64,000 nt of DNA from an uncultured delta proteobacterium (GCA_963696385.1 CAVOKF010000006.1:64001-128000), one strand, 5' to 3'. Shown: positions 43,521 to 52,833, counted from the first letter of the stretch. The notes: generated by a model not told the origin, from the letters alone. Program-made: numbers and translations.

Positions 43521-43547
43521 CCACGCCACCGGTTCAGAGTCCGATTT

Positions 43548-43810
43548 GGCGGCATCACCTTGCGCACTCGCCGTAGCCAGCCGCTACGTCTCGCGATCGC
43601 GGTCACCTGCTCCTCGCCGAGTACTTCCGTAAGCCGTTTCGCATACACGCCGACTCCGGCGCGTGTACTGTTTGATCCGTGCATCGGGGGTCTCCTTTCG
43701 CGTTGTCTCACAACAGCGTCTAGAGAATCCCCGATGCCTTTGACTATCCAATTCGTGCACTATGCACGTAAGTGATCGAGATCACTCGGGAAATAAAGAT
43801 CCTACCTATG
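43548..43810 (-). mobile_element. IS4 end fragment
   Basis: Near-identical to about 45962-46223. Confidence 0.92.
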
Positions 43811-43857
43811 ATCGCGTCTTAGGGGCTTCCGTTGTCACCGAGCGGCGAAAGATTTGG
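43811..43857 (+). repeat. ~115-bp repeat, copy C 3' half (empty IS1111 site)
   Basis: ATCGCGTCTTAGGGG...GAAAGATTTGG. Confidence 0.92.
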
Positions 43858-43921
43858 CCAGCCCGGGACGCGAACGCGCGGGCGCTTGATCTTTCCCTCA
43901 ACGGGTCCGATGCTAGCCGCC

Positions 43922-44122
43922 ATGACTGGCAGCCCAGTTCCGTCGTATGAGCACGAGGACTCACCCGAGGTGGCGGCCCTGCGTAAGCGCATCCGTGGCG
44001 AGCCGCTCTCAGCGGCGGAAGACGCCCTCCTCGCGTCCGCGACGCGCAAGCCGTCCGGGCCCGGTGTACTGCACGCCGAGGTAATGGCCGAGCTCGCCGA
44101 GCGCGAACGCCGCGGCGAATGA
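43922..44122 (+). CDS. Small putative antitoxin
   Basis: 66 aa, ATGA-coupled to next gene; VLHAEVMAEL-type tail. Confidence 0.5.
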   Translation: MTGSPVPSYEHEDSPEVAALRKRIRGEPLSAAEDALLASATRKPSGPGVLHAEVMAELAERERRGE

Positions 44123-44337
44123 TCGTAGTTTGGGACGAGTCCGCCCTCGAGAGCTGGCGCCGCTTGTCGCTGAGCGATGCGAGGGCGGTCGCCGAGGCTG
44201 TCGAGCGATGGGCGCAGACGGGACAGGGTCTCGTCGTAGCCGTCGACGGGGAGTTCCAGCTCTTCGTCGGTCAACACGTCGTCGTGATGCTCGTGGCCCG
44301 CGATACGCTCTACATCGACCGCGTGCGCCGGGCTTAG
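44119..44337 (+). CDS. Small RelE/ParE-like putative toxin
   Basis: MIVVWDESALESWRRL...LFVG..VV...LYIDRV pattern. Confidence 0.5.
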   Translation: MIVVWDESALESWRRLSLSDARAVAEAVERWAQTGQGLVVAVDGEFQLFVGQHVVVMLVARDTLYIDRVRRA

Positions 44338-44674
44338 GCCCTCAGCAGCTCCGGGGGAGCCCTGCCGCCATCCGCCGGAAGCAGTATCGGCTTCGTGAAT
44401 GGTCAGTCGGCGTGTCTCAGCGCGTCCAACTTCCGCTCGGAGGCTCGCGCCGAATCGCGTTGATCAGTCGCCCGGCGAGGCGAAACGGGCGGCCCGAGCT
44501 GCTGCCCATTACGCTTGAAGGATGTGGTGCGAGCGATCCGCGCGGCGGTGCCCATGGCGCGCGGTTCGTGCAGGAGGCATCGCCGTCCTCTTGGCACTCG
44601 TTGCCTTGGCTGTTTCCGGCGCGGTCTACAACTGGTTGGCAGTTCGACATCTTCGCAGCATCTACCCGCCTCCG

Positions 44675-44747
44675 GGCGAGTAGGAAACGAAAAGCGTGTC
44701 GGGCGATGAAGAGTCGCCGAAACCACCGCGGTCACATATAACCCGTT
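44675..44747 (+). repeat. ~115-bp repeat, divergent copy D 5' part (3' part 46224-46267)
   Basis: GGCGAGTAG..AAAGCGTGTCGGGCGATGAAGAG..ACATATAACCCGTT then AGGGGCTTTCG..GATTTGG. Confidence 0.85.
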
Positions 44748-46223
44748 CATAAGTTGGTACTTAGAGATTCGGGATGGCGCTCGCTATCACACAAGTGCGA
44801 GTGGCTCGAGGCCCATAGCGAGACGTCCGCGCTTTCGATCGCGAGCAGGATGAGCGCGGCGCGCGTTGGAATCGAGGAACTTGAGCGTTTCGGCGAGGGC
44901 ACGACGTAGTTGGCGCGGCGAGTCGAGAAGGCCGCGGAGGACATCGTCGAAGTAATGCTTGCCGGACGCGGCGGCTCGCTGGGTCGAAAGCTCCACCCCC
45001 AGCGACGCTTCCGCGAAGTGTGCGAGCGAGCGTTTCAGAAGGGCTGCGAGCAGGCTCGCCCATATCATCGCTTTCGCGATAGCGGCCTTGCCCGTATCGA
45101 AGGCATGAAGGTTGGCGTGGGATTTGAACTCTTTGAACAGGAGTTCCACCTGCCAGCGGAGGCGATACAAGCCGGCCACGTCGGCGGCGGAGAAGCGCTT
45201 GCGAGCGAGGTTGCTGTGCAGGTACACGAACGTCTTCGCGTTGCGCTTGCCGCGCTTGTAGATCGCCACAATTCGGCCGCGATACACGAATGAATTCGCC
45301 TGCCATTCGATGTCGAGATCGACCGTCTGGGCCGGAAGCAGGTCCCAGTTCAACTTCTGGCCGAGCAACTTGGGGATGGATTTGCCGGCGCTGTCGAAAG
45401 CGGCCCGAATGGTGGGTCGAATGTTTTTGGTTCCGCGGACGATGAAGGCGCCGCCCGCTTGGTCGACGTCGAAAAAGAATGTTCGCTCCTCGTACCCTCG
45501 GTCGGCCAGAAAGAGCCGCTCGCGAAGACTCGCGGCCTCGGGACGGTAGGTTCGCTCGGTCTCCTTGTCGGCCGTCAGGGCGACGATGCGCACATCGTCT
45601 TGGAGCAGACTCATCGTGACGTGCAGTTCCACGGCGGCAGGCGAGATTTTTGTAAAGCGGCCCGGCCATGTGCCTTTCAAGTCGTCCTTGAGCGCGAACG
45701 ACGTCCCGTCGTGAATGACGATGTCCCGAAAGGTCGACAGTTTGGGGGACACGGCGTGCAGAACCGGCTGGCTCATCTTCTGTACCGTCGCTTCCAGCAG
45801 CATCCGAAACATCTCTGGAAAGGACGCTTGCGCGAGCCGGTTGTGAAAGGGCTTATATCGCAGCGAAAGGCCCGCGAATTTCCGGAACGTCCGCAGAATA
45901 TCGGCCAACCACTTGGCGTGGCCCGACCCGAGCGTCGACAGCACCGCCACGACCATCGCCAGCGGCATCACCTTGCGCACGCGCCGTAGCCAGCCGCTAC
46001 GTCTCGCGATCGCGGTCACCTGCTCCTCGCCGAGTACTTCCGTAAGCCGTTTCGCATACACGCCGACTCCGGCGCGTGTACTGTTTGATCCGTGCATCGG
46101 GGGTCTCCTTTCGCGTTGTCTCACAACAGCGTCTAGAGAATCCCCGATGCCTTTGACTACCCAATTCGTGCACTATGCACGTAAGTGATCGAGATCACTC
46201 GGGAAATAAAGATCCTACCTATG
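44748..46223 (-). mobile_element. IS4-family element
   Basis: CATA-starting imperfect IRs; 10-bp duplication ATAACCCGTT. Confidence 0.92.
44787..46097 (-). CDS. IS4 transposase
   Basis: HDGTSF, ADRGY, YRLRWQVELLFKEFK. Confidence 0.92.
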   Translation of the reverse strand: MHGSNSTRAGVGVYAKRLTEVLGEEQVTAIARRSGWLRRVRKVMPLAMVVAVLSTLGSGHAKWLADILRTFRKFAGLSLRYKPFHNRLAQASFPEMFRMLLEATVQKMSQPVLHAVSPKLSTFRDIVIHDGTSFALKDDLKGTWPGRFTKISPAAVELHVTMSLLQDDVRIVALTADKETERTYRPEAASLRERLFLADRGYEERTFFFDVDQAGGAFIVRGTKNIRPTIRAAFDSAGKSIPKLLGQKLNWDLLPAQTVDLDIEWQANSFVYRGRIVAIYKRGKRNAKTFVYLHSNLARKRFSAADVAGLYRLRWQVELLFKEFKSHANLHAFDTGKAAIAKAMIWASLLAALLKRSLAHFAEASLGVELSTQRAAASGKHYFDDVLRGLLDSPRQLRRALAETLKFLDSNARRAHPARDRKRGRLAMGLEPLALV

Positions 46224-46429
46224 ATAACCCGTTAGGGGCTTTCGTGGTCCGTGCAACGGCGATTTGGCATCTCCCCGCCCATCTTAGGCTCACACGCAGA
46301 ACGCGTCTTGTCGATCGGTCTGCCGCGAGCACTGCCCCGCGCCTTGTGGAGCCGGCGCCCGCAAGGGATTGCGAGCGCTCTTCTTGCGTGTCCCGCGGCT
46401 GGTCGAGGAGCTCGGGGGCGTGCGCGCAG

Positions 46430-46825
46430 ACTCTCGCGCCCATCGAAAAGATCGACGTGCTCGTACTCGACGACTTGTTGCTCACGCCTATGAAGGACGC
46501 GGAGCGCCGCGATCTCCTCGAAGTGCTCGAAGACCGTTACGACCGATGCTCGACGGTCATCACATCGCAATCACCGACCAAAAGTTGGCACGCAGCGCTC
46601 GGTGATCCGACGATCGCCGACGCGATTTGCGATCGCCTGGTGCACAACGCCCACGTGCTCGCGTTACGCGGACCCTCCATGCGGAAGAAGAAGGGCCTTT
46701 CGCCCAACCAGGAAACCGAACCCACCTGACCACCCCTCGTCGCTTCGCTCCGATCGTGATCGGGTGCGTCGGAACGGTTGATCGGGTCCGTCCGGAATGA
46801 GCGATCGGGTCGACCGGAATACGCA
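46430..46825 (+). mobile_element. istB: IS21 remnant (IstB C-terminus and right end)
   Basis: VLVLDD, ADAICDRLVHNAH; GATCGGGT..GGAA repeats ending ATACGCA. Confidence 0.88.
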
Positions 46826-46880
46826 ACCGACGTCGATCTCGGCGCCGAGTACGCCTACTGAACCCATCGCGTCGAGAACT

Positions 46881-46976
46881 CCAAATGGGACTCTGAACCG
46901 GCAGTGGACGCCCCTAAAACGCGATATGTTTCCGTGGCTCTTCGTCGGCCGACACGCTTTGCTTGTCCTATCCGCC
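46881..46976 (-). repeat. ~115-bp repeat copy E fused to an IS1111-like right tip
   Basis: Minus: AAAGCGTGTCGGCCGACGAAGAGCCACGGAAACATATCGCGTTTTAGGGGC + CCGGTTCAGAGTCCCATTTGG. Confidence 0.85.
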
Positions 46977-47773
46977 CATTGCGTATCCGGAAACGGGCAC
47001 ACCGCAGGGCGGGGTGATTTCGCCGATTCTGGCGAACATTTTCCTGCACGAGGTGCTCGACGTCTGGTTTGAGCGCGAAGTTAAACCAAGGCTTTCGGGC
47101 AAGGCGCTGCTCGTCCGCTACGCGGACGATGCAGTGCTTTTGTTTTCGCATGAAGTGGATGCCCGCAAGGTGCTGGACGTGCTGCCGAAGCGATTGGGTG
47201 CGTACGGCCTGGCGCTGCATCCCGAGAAGACGCGGTTGGTGGAGTTTCAGCGCCCTGACCGTCGCTCATCGAAAGTCGATGGCGGCGACCGAGGTCCTGG
47301 CAGCTTCGACCTACTCGGCTTCACGCACTACTGGGGCAAAGCTCGCTCTGGCAAGTGGATTGTCATGCGCAAAACAGCCAAAGACCGCTTCCGGAGAGCG
47401 GTGTCGCGGGTCGCGCAATGGTGCAGGGAGCACCGGCACGACGCCATCCGCGAGCAGCAGAAGGCACTTGGGCAAAAGCTGCGTGGTCACTACGGATATT
47501 ACGGAATCACCGGGAATTTCCGCGCCATCGCGCTCTTCTGCCGCAAGACTATTGCGTTGTGGCGCCGGTGGCTCAACCGCCGGTCGCAACGACGCCATAT
47601 GCCTTGGAAGCGAATGCGGCTTCTGCTGGAGCGCTACCCGCTCCCGCCGCCTCGCATCGCTCACCCATTTCTCCCGCGCGCAGCGAACCCGTGACCGAAG
47701 AGCCGGATGCGTGAATTGCGCACGTCCGGATCCGAAGGGGGGCCGGGGAGACAACCTCCCCGGCCTACCCGAC
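46977..47773 (+). mobile_element. Group II intron 3' half (RT4 to maturase X, DV, DVI)
   Basis: PQGGVISP, RYADD, FDLLGF, LRGHYGYY; DV GAGCCGGATGCG..CACGTCCGGATC; ends CCTACCCGAC. Confidence 0.93.
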
Positions 47774-47863
47774 TGACAACGAGCGCCCCAAAGGCCTTTT
47801 ATGTGACCGCGGCGGTTTCCGCGTCTCTTCGTCGGCCGACAAGCTTTGCGCCGCCTACTCCCC
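47774..47863 (-). repeat. ~115-bp repeat, divergent copy F, interrupted by intron
   Basis: Minus: GGGGAGTAG..AAAGCTTGTCGGCCGACGAAGAG..ACATAAAAGGCCTTTGGGGCGCTCGTTGTCA. Confidence 0.85.
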
Positions 47864-47942
47864 CGACTTCTCGTGGTCCCGGCGTTGCTCACTTCTCGCT
47901 CTGCTCCGCCGTTCCAGCAGGTCGCTGGAGACCACGAGACCT

Positions 47943-48111
47943 GTTGCGGTAGGGACGGCCCTCGCCCTGAGGTTCGGGCCGCCCCCCGCGCGGATCCCGG
48001 CGTGCGGAACTACCGCACCGGGCTCTTGCCTTGGGTTCTGACGCGCATGGGCAGCGATGGAAAGTTTCAGCTTTCCTTGACCTCCTCTTTCCCCAAGCTT
48101 GCTTGGCGCAC
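47943..48111 (-). mobile_element. Second group II intron remnant (DV-DVI, possible 5' end)
   Basis: Minus: GAGCCCGGTGCGGTAGTTCCGCACGCCGGGATC...CCCTACCGCAAC. Confidence 0.8.
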
Positions 48112-48122
48112 TGAAAATCCAG

Positions 48123-48225
48123 GCTAGCCGAGCCGGCACGCTCTGCGCGCCGATGGCATTCACGATCTGCTGCGCGGCCCACGCGGCGTACGGGTGCGCC
48201 GTCACGTTGACGTGAACTGGTCGCC
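48123..48225 (-). pseudogene. Integrase-core transposase fragment
   Basis: VHVNVTAHPYAAWAAQQI. Confidence 0.65.
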
Positions 48226-48497
48226 GACCGCTTCCACGATGGGCACTCGATAGACGCCGGACTTGAGAGGACAACCTCCAGTCGCTCCTCGACCGCCCGG
48301 AAGGTCACAAAACACCTTGCTTAGTCGAAGCACCGGCCATATAGTCCGCATGTAGCGGGGTGGAGCCCCAGGTGTCCGTTCCGCGGACGCGAAGGTGGCT
48401 CTGAAGGGCCATGCACACACGCTAAAAGACAATCATCAGTAGATGGGAAGATCGAAATTCCGGGTCACATCCAGCTAACCCGTATAGAGAGGCTACA

Positions 48498-49493
48498 ATG
48501 CGCAACCAGTGCTACGTGACGATCGCCACCGTATTTTTCGCGGCGCTCTTTGGCCAAGAGTCCTCTGCGTCCGCGTGCACCTGGGGGGATCCCAATTGCG
48601 AATGGGTCCAAATGAACAACCCCACTGGCGTGGACAAAAATAGCTTGATCGCCGTCAGCGTGAATTCGGGACCCAGCCAGAGTAGTGTATTCTATTTCGT
48701 GGCCACATCTACCGGCGTTTACGAGGGGATCGTCAGCACTCCCCAATTGAGCAGCGTAAATTGGGGCTCGGTGGGCACCCTTAGCGAATTTAACGAGTCG
48801 GATATGAGGCAAATCACCGCCGACAGTAATCCTGGTGGAGATCTTTACTTGATCGACAGCATCGGTAACCCTCTTTTTTACATAGTCAACGGCTCACTCG
48901 GCCAGGGCCCGAACTACAACCATGGCCCTATGGGCACCATTATTGGCATTAGCAGTGAGACCCCCTACGAGCCGGCTCCGGGTTACCCGTTTAAAGTGTG
49001 TCAATTTCCTACCGATATAGCCGTCGATGAAGAGTTGAATGTCTATGTTGTCGGCTGCGGCAACAACTCGTTTTGGGTCGCACCACATACGGGTTCCAAC
49101 ACCTGGGGACGGTGGGCCTCGTATGCCGTCGGAGGGGCTGCAAACCTAGTTGCCGTTGGAGCAAATGCGAATTTTGCGGAGCAGGGCCCATGGGTTGTCG
49201 ACGCAAACGGACTCACGTTTCAAGTGCAGTCGAACGGCAACTCCGCTGCAATTGCGCGGCCCGAGTGGATCAGCAACACTGCGCACTCAATCGGCGTGTA
49301 TGGTCAGAATAACCAGGCTACCGCGATTGGCGGGGAATCCGAAGTATGCCAATGGACCTCGGGGTCCGGGGGGGGGTGGAACTGCCCGTTTCTCGGTGGC
49401 CAATCAGTCCAAATATCTGTGCAAGGGTACACCGTGTTTGTCGAAAATTCGGCCAGCAACCTATTTACTTACTCGAACGACATCGTCTTTTAA
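48498..49493 (+). CDS. Secreted beta-rich (propeller/lectin-like) hypothetical protein
   Basis: Signal peptide; Asn/Ser/Gly/Trp-rich; visibly lower GC. Confidence 0.7.
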   Translation: MRNQCYVTIATVFFAALFGQESSASACTWGDPNCEWVQMNNPTGVDKNSLIAVSVNSGPSQSSVFYFVATSTGVYEGIVSTPQLSSVNWGSVGTLSEFNESDMRQITADSNPGGDLYLIDSIGNPLFYIVNGSLGQGPNYNHGPMGTIIGISSETPYEPAPGYPFKVCQFPTDIAVDEELNVYVVGCGNNSFWVAPHTGSNTWGRWASYAVGGAANLVAVGANANFAEQGPWVVDANGLTFQVQSNGNSAAIARPEWISNTAHSIGVYGQNNQATAIGGESEVCQWTSGSGGGWNCPFLGGQSVQISVQGYTVFVENSASNLFTYSNDIVF

Positions 49494-49582
49494 CTAGGAT
49501 TGGCGTGCGAAGCTGCTGGCTCCGTGCGTCCTTGTGAATTCCCTTGGCGCTCTCGAGGGCCTGAAAACCAGGTCGTACACCA

Positions 49583-50105
49583 AATGGGACTCTGAACCGG
49601 TGGCGTGGGCAAGGGTTTTCGCGCAGAGAGTTTCTATTTTTCGTTTCGGAGTGAGCTGGGTTCTTAGAATTCAATGGACGTTTCCCTTGTCGGCGCTTGA
49701 GGGCGCCGGAGCACGGTGACAGTAAGGGGAGCGCTCCGAACGCGCCGCTTGGCGAGCTACCTCTCGATTGACTCTTCACGTTCATCGGGCAGCGAAGTTC
49801 GCGTCCAAGGCCCGAGACGTAGATTTGGATTCGAAGCGGTGGAACGAGACGCAATTCTTCGCACGAAGTACAGTCACGTCTCCACCGGAGCGGAGATCGC
49901 AAGAGCTTCTACCAATTTGTCGCGTTCAACGTTCCTCCAGATGGGGTGCTCTTAGGCTACGCGCTCAAGGCGCATCGGAGACAGTCGTGACGATTCATGT
50001 CATGGCGACGTCCTCCGAAATCTTGTTGCGGCGAGGAGCCCGCCGTTGGAGTTTCTTGGCGGAGCGTTCGAGCGCCTCCGCATTCGCGTTTTTCGAACGA
50101 GCCTC
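49583..50105 (-). mobile_element. IS1111 3' fragment, inverted
   Basis: Reverse complement of about 43023-43546 with a few SNPs. Confidence 0.93.
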
Positions 50106-50304
50106 CCACAGACGCAGAGGACCCGCTGCTGTGAAGAACGTTCTCTGCGCGCCATCAATGGAGGCGCAACGATAGCTGCTCTCCAAGTCTCTCCGGTGCG
50201 CCCTCGCCCGCAAAGTGATCGACGAGCCGATCGGCGAGGAGTGCGATCGTCTCACTCGTCACATCCTCCCCGAAGAGTGGGGCGTCGAGGAATCGCGCGA
50301 GCGC

Positions 50305-50411
50305 GGCGAGTAGTAAGCCCAAAGCACGTCGGTCGACGAAGAGCCGCGCAAGCCGCGGTGGAAACATATCGCGTCTTAGGGGCTTCCGTTGTCACCGAGC
50401 GGCGAAAGATT
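50305..50411 (+). repeat. ~115-bp repeat, copy G (IS1111 target)
   Basis: GGCGAGTAGTAAGCCCAAAGCACGTC...GAAAGATT. Confidence 0.92.
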
Positions 50412-52190
50412 AGATGAACCGGTGGCGGCGCGTCCTGGACCGCCCGGCACGCCGCCCGGCACGGGTGCCGCAGCCTCGAGATCGATCGCGGGGCGTCTCG
50501 AGAGCAGCCCCCGTGCCGGTCGTCGGTCATCGAAAATAGCGACCGACCTCCCGCTGGATTATCCATCCGACACCCCCGCGTGCTCAAAGGCACAAAGCGA
50601 AGTGGGGGCCGAAGGGAGATCGATCATGCGGAGCATAGGATTGGATCTTGGAGCGCGCCACATTGCGTATTGCGAGATACGGAACGGAGAGGTCATCGAT
50701 CGGACCTCTGTGAAGAGGCTGGACCAACTCAAGTCGCGAATCGGCCCCGACTGTCCACCTGCGCGGATTGCGTTTGATGCGTCGCGTGAAGGATGGCACG
50801 TGCACGATACCCTCACGTCGTGGGGGCACGATGCGAAGATGATCGATACGACGCGGGTGCGTGCGATGGGCGTCGCGCATCACAAGCGCAAAAACGATGC
50901 TCTCGATGCTGAGGCGGCCGCACGTGCCGTAGACCAAGGACGGATCCCCGAGGCGCACATTCTGTCTCCCGCCCGCCGAGCCCTGCGCGCGCAGTTGAGC
51001 GTGCGCGGCGCGCTGGTCGAAACACGTGCGCAGTATGTGACGACGATACGCGGGCTCGGGCGCGCGGCAGGCGTGCTCCTTCCCACATGCACAACCGAGA
51101 ACTTTGTGAACAAGGTTCGCGAGAGCTCGCTCGACGACGCGACGAGCACGCTCATCGCGCCGCTCCTTGCCGTGCTCGTCGGAGTCGAAGAAGAGCTCAC
51201 CAAGGTCGAACGGACGCTTTCGGAAATGGCGATGCGTGAGCCCATCACGAAACTTCTCGCCACCGCTCCTGGCGTCGGCCTTATCGTGGCGTCCACCTTC
51301 GTTTCGGTGATCGACGAGGCGAAGCGCTTTCGCAATGCGCAGGCAGTCGGAGCGTACCTTGGTTTGGTGCCGTCGGAGTTGACGACAGGCGGACCTGAAA
51401 AGCGGCGCCTGGGCTCGATCACCAAGCAGGGCAACACGTATGCGAGAAAAATGCTCGTCCAAGCGGCGTGGCTCATCCTCAGGTCACGCGACATGGACGA
51501 CCCGATTCGCCAGTGGGGCGACCGCATCGCCAAGACGCGAGGCAAGAGAATCGCCGTCATCGCCATCGCACGAAAACTCGCCGGCGTCCTCTGGGCGATG
51601 TGGCGCGACGGCACCGCTTACGATCCGGTGGGACAGGCCAAGGCGAGCGCAAAGGGCACTCGCAGAGAGGCTCGTTCGAAAAACGCGAATGCGGAGGCGC
51701 TCGAACGCTCCGCCAAGAAACTCCAACGGCGGGCTCCTCGCCGCAACAAGATTTCGGAGGACGTCGCCATGACATGAATCGTCACGACTGTCTCCGATGC
51801 GCCTTGAGCGCGTAGCCTAAGAGCACCCCATCTGGAGGAACGTTGAACGCGACAAATTGGTAGAAGCTCTTGCGATCTCCGCTCCGGTGGAGACGTGACT
51901 GTACTTCGTGCGAAAAATTGCGTCTCGTTCCACCGCTTCGAATCCAAATCTACGTCTCGGGCCTTGGACGCGAACTTCGCTGCCCGATGAACGTGAAGAG
52001 TCAATCGAGAGGTAGCTCGCCAAGCCGCGCGTTCGGAGCGCTCCCCTTACTGTCACCGTGCTCCGGCGCCCTCAAGCGCCGAGAAGGGAAACGTCCATTG
52101 AATTCTAAGAACCCAGCTCACTCCGAAACGAAAAAAAGAAAACTCTCTGCGCGAAAACCCTTGCCCACGCCACCGGTTCAGAGTCCGATT
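50412..52190 (+). mobile_element. IS1111-type element, copy 2
   Basis: Appears identical to 41768-43546. Confidence 0.95.
50626..51777 (+). CDS. IS110-family recombinase
   Basis: Same protein as 41982-43133. Confidence 0.95.
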   Translation: MRSIGLDLGARHIAYCEIRNGEVIDRTSVKRLDQLKSRIGPDCPPARIAFDASREGWHVHDTLTSWGHDAKMIDTTRVRAMGVAHHKRKNDALDAEAAARAVDQGRIPEAHILSPARRALRAQLSVRGALVETRAQYVTTIRGLGRAAGVLLPTCTTENFVNKVRESSLDDATSTLIAPLLAVLVGVEEELTKVERTLSEMAMREPITKLLATAPGVGLIVASTFVSVIDEAKRFRNAQAVGAYLGLVPSELTTGGPEKRRLGSITKQGNTYARKMLVQAAWLILRSRDMDDPIRQWGDRIAKTRGKRIAVIAIARKLAGVLWAMWRDGTAYDPVGQAKASAKGTRREARSKNANAEALERSAKKLQRRAPRRNKISEDVAMT

Positions 52191-52800
52191 TGGCCACCGC
52201 TTGGGGGGGCTCGCCCCAGGTCAAGTAGACGTCGACCTCGCGCGCCGCGACGTCGTGCCCCGCGTCCGACGAGCCTCCGATGTAGATCGGCGGGTGGGGG
52301 CGCTGCACCGGTGGATAGAGAATCTTGGCGCCGCGTACCGAAATATGTCGACCTTCGAAGTCAACGGTTTCGCCGCCCAGAACGCGTTTGAAAATCTGCA
52401 AGAACTCGGAGGTCGCCACGTAGCGCTCGTCGCGTCGCAAGTAGACGCCATCGCCCTCGGACTCGGCCGGATCGCCTCCGGTGACCACGTTGAGCAAGAC
52501 GCGCCCCCGGGAGATGCGGTCGAGTGATGCCGTCATGCGCGCGGCGAGGGTCGGTGAAAGGATCCCGGGGCGCAGAGCGACGAGAAAACGAAGCCGGTCG
52601 GTCACGGGCACCATGGCGGAGGCCACCACCCATGCGTCTTCGCAGGATCGTCCAGTGGGCAAAAGGACCCCGTAAAACCCTAACGCATCGACCGCCTGCG
52701 CGATCTGCCGCAGATACGGTAGGTCGACGGCCCGAGCGCCGTCGGCGCTTGCCAGAAAGTGACCGTCACCGTGGGTGGGAAGAAACCAAAAAATGTCCAT
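52191..52800 (-). pseudogene. ssuD: Alkanesulfonate monooxygenase, truncated at IS1111 end
   Basis: [33 protein letters not shown] then IS junction. Confidence 0.92.
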
Positions 52801-52818
52801 CACTCTCGTGGCCGCCCC

Positions 52819-52833
52819 GCAAGTCTCGCGCCC
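52819..52833 (-). promoter_or_regulatory. sigma54 -24/-12 promoter (ssuD)
   Basis: GGGCGC-GAGAC-TTGC. Confidence 0.55.

Larger units (their letters stand above)
41768..43546 (+). mobile_element. IS1111-type IS110-family element, copy 1
   Basis: Subterminal IR TGAACCGGTGGCG/CGCCACCGGTTCA; GATT at both junctions; about 410-bp 3' non-coding region. Confidence 0.93.

Noticed and set aside
38380..47773. DGR (RT plus FGE/CLec target) or retron
   Set aside because: RT has maturase X and DV/DVI of a group II intron; no adenine-variable TR/VR pair seen
33080..50411. Canonical integron attC array
   Set aside because: No consistent RYYYAAC/GTTRRRY boxes; the integrase at 16323 is phage-type with xis and lacks the IntI insertion
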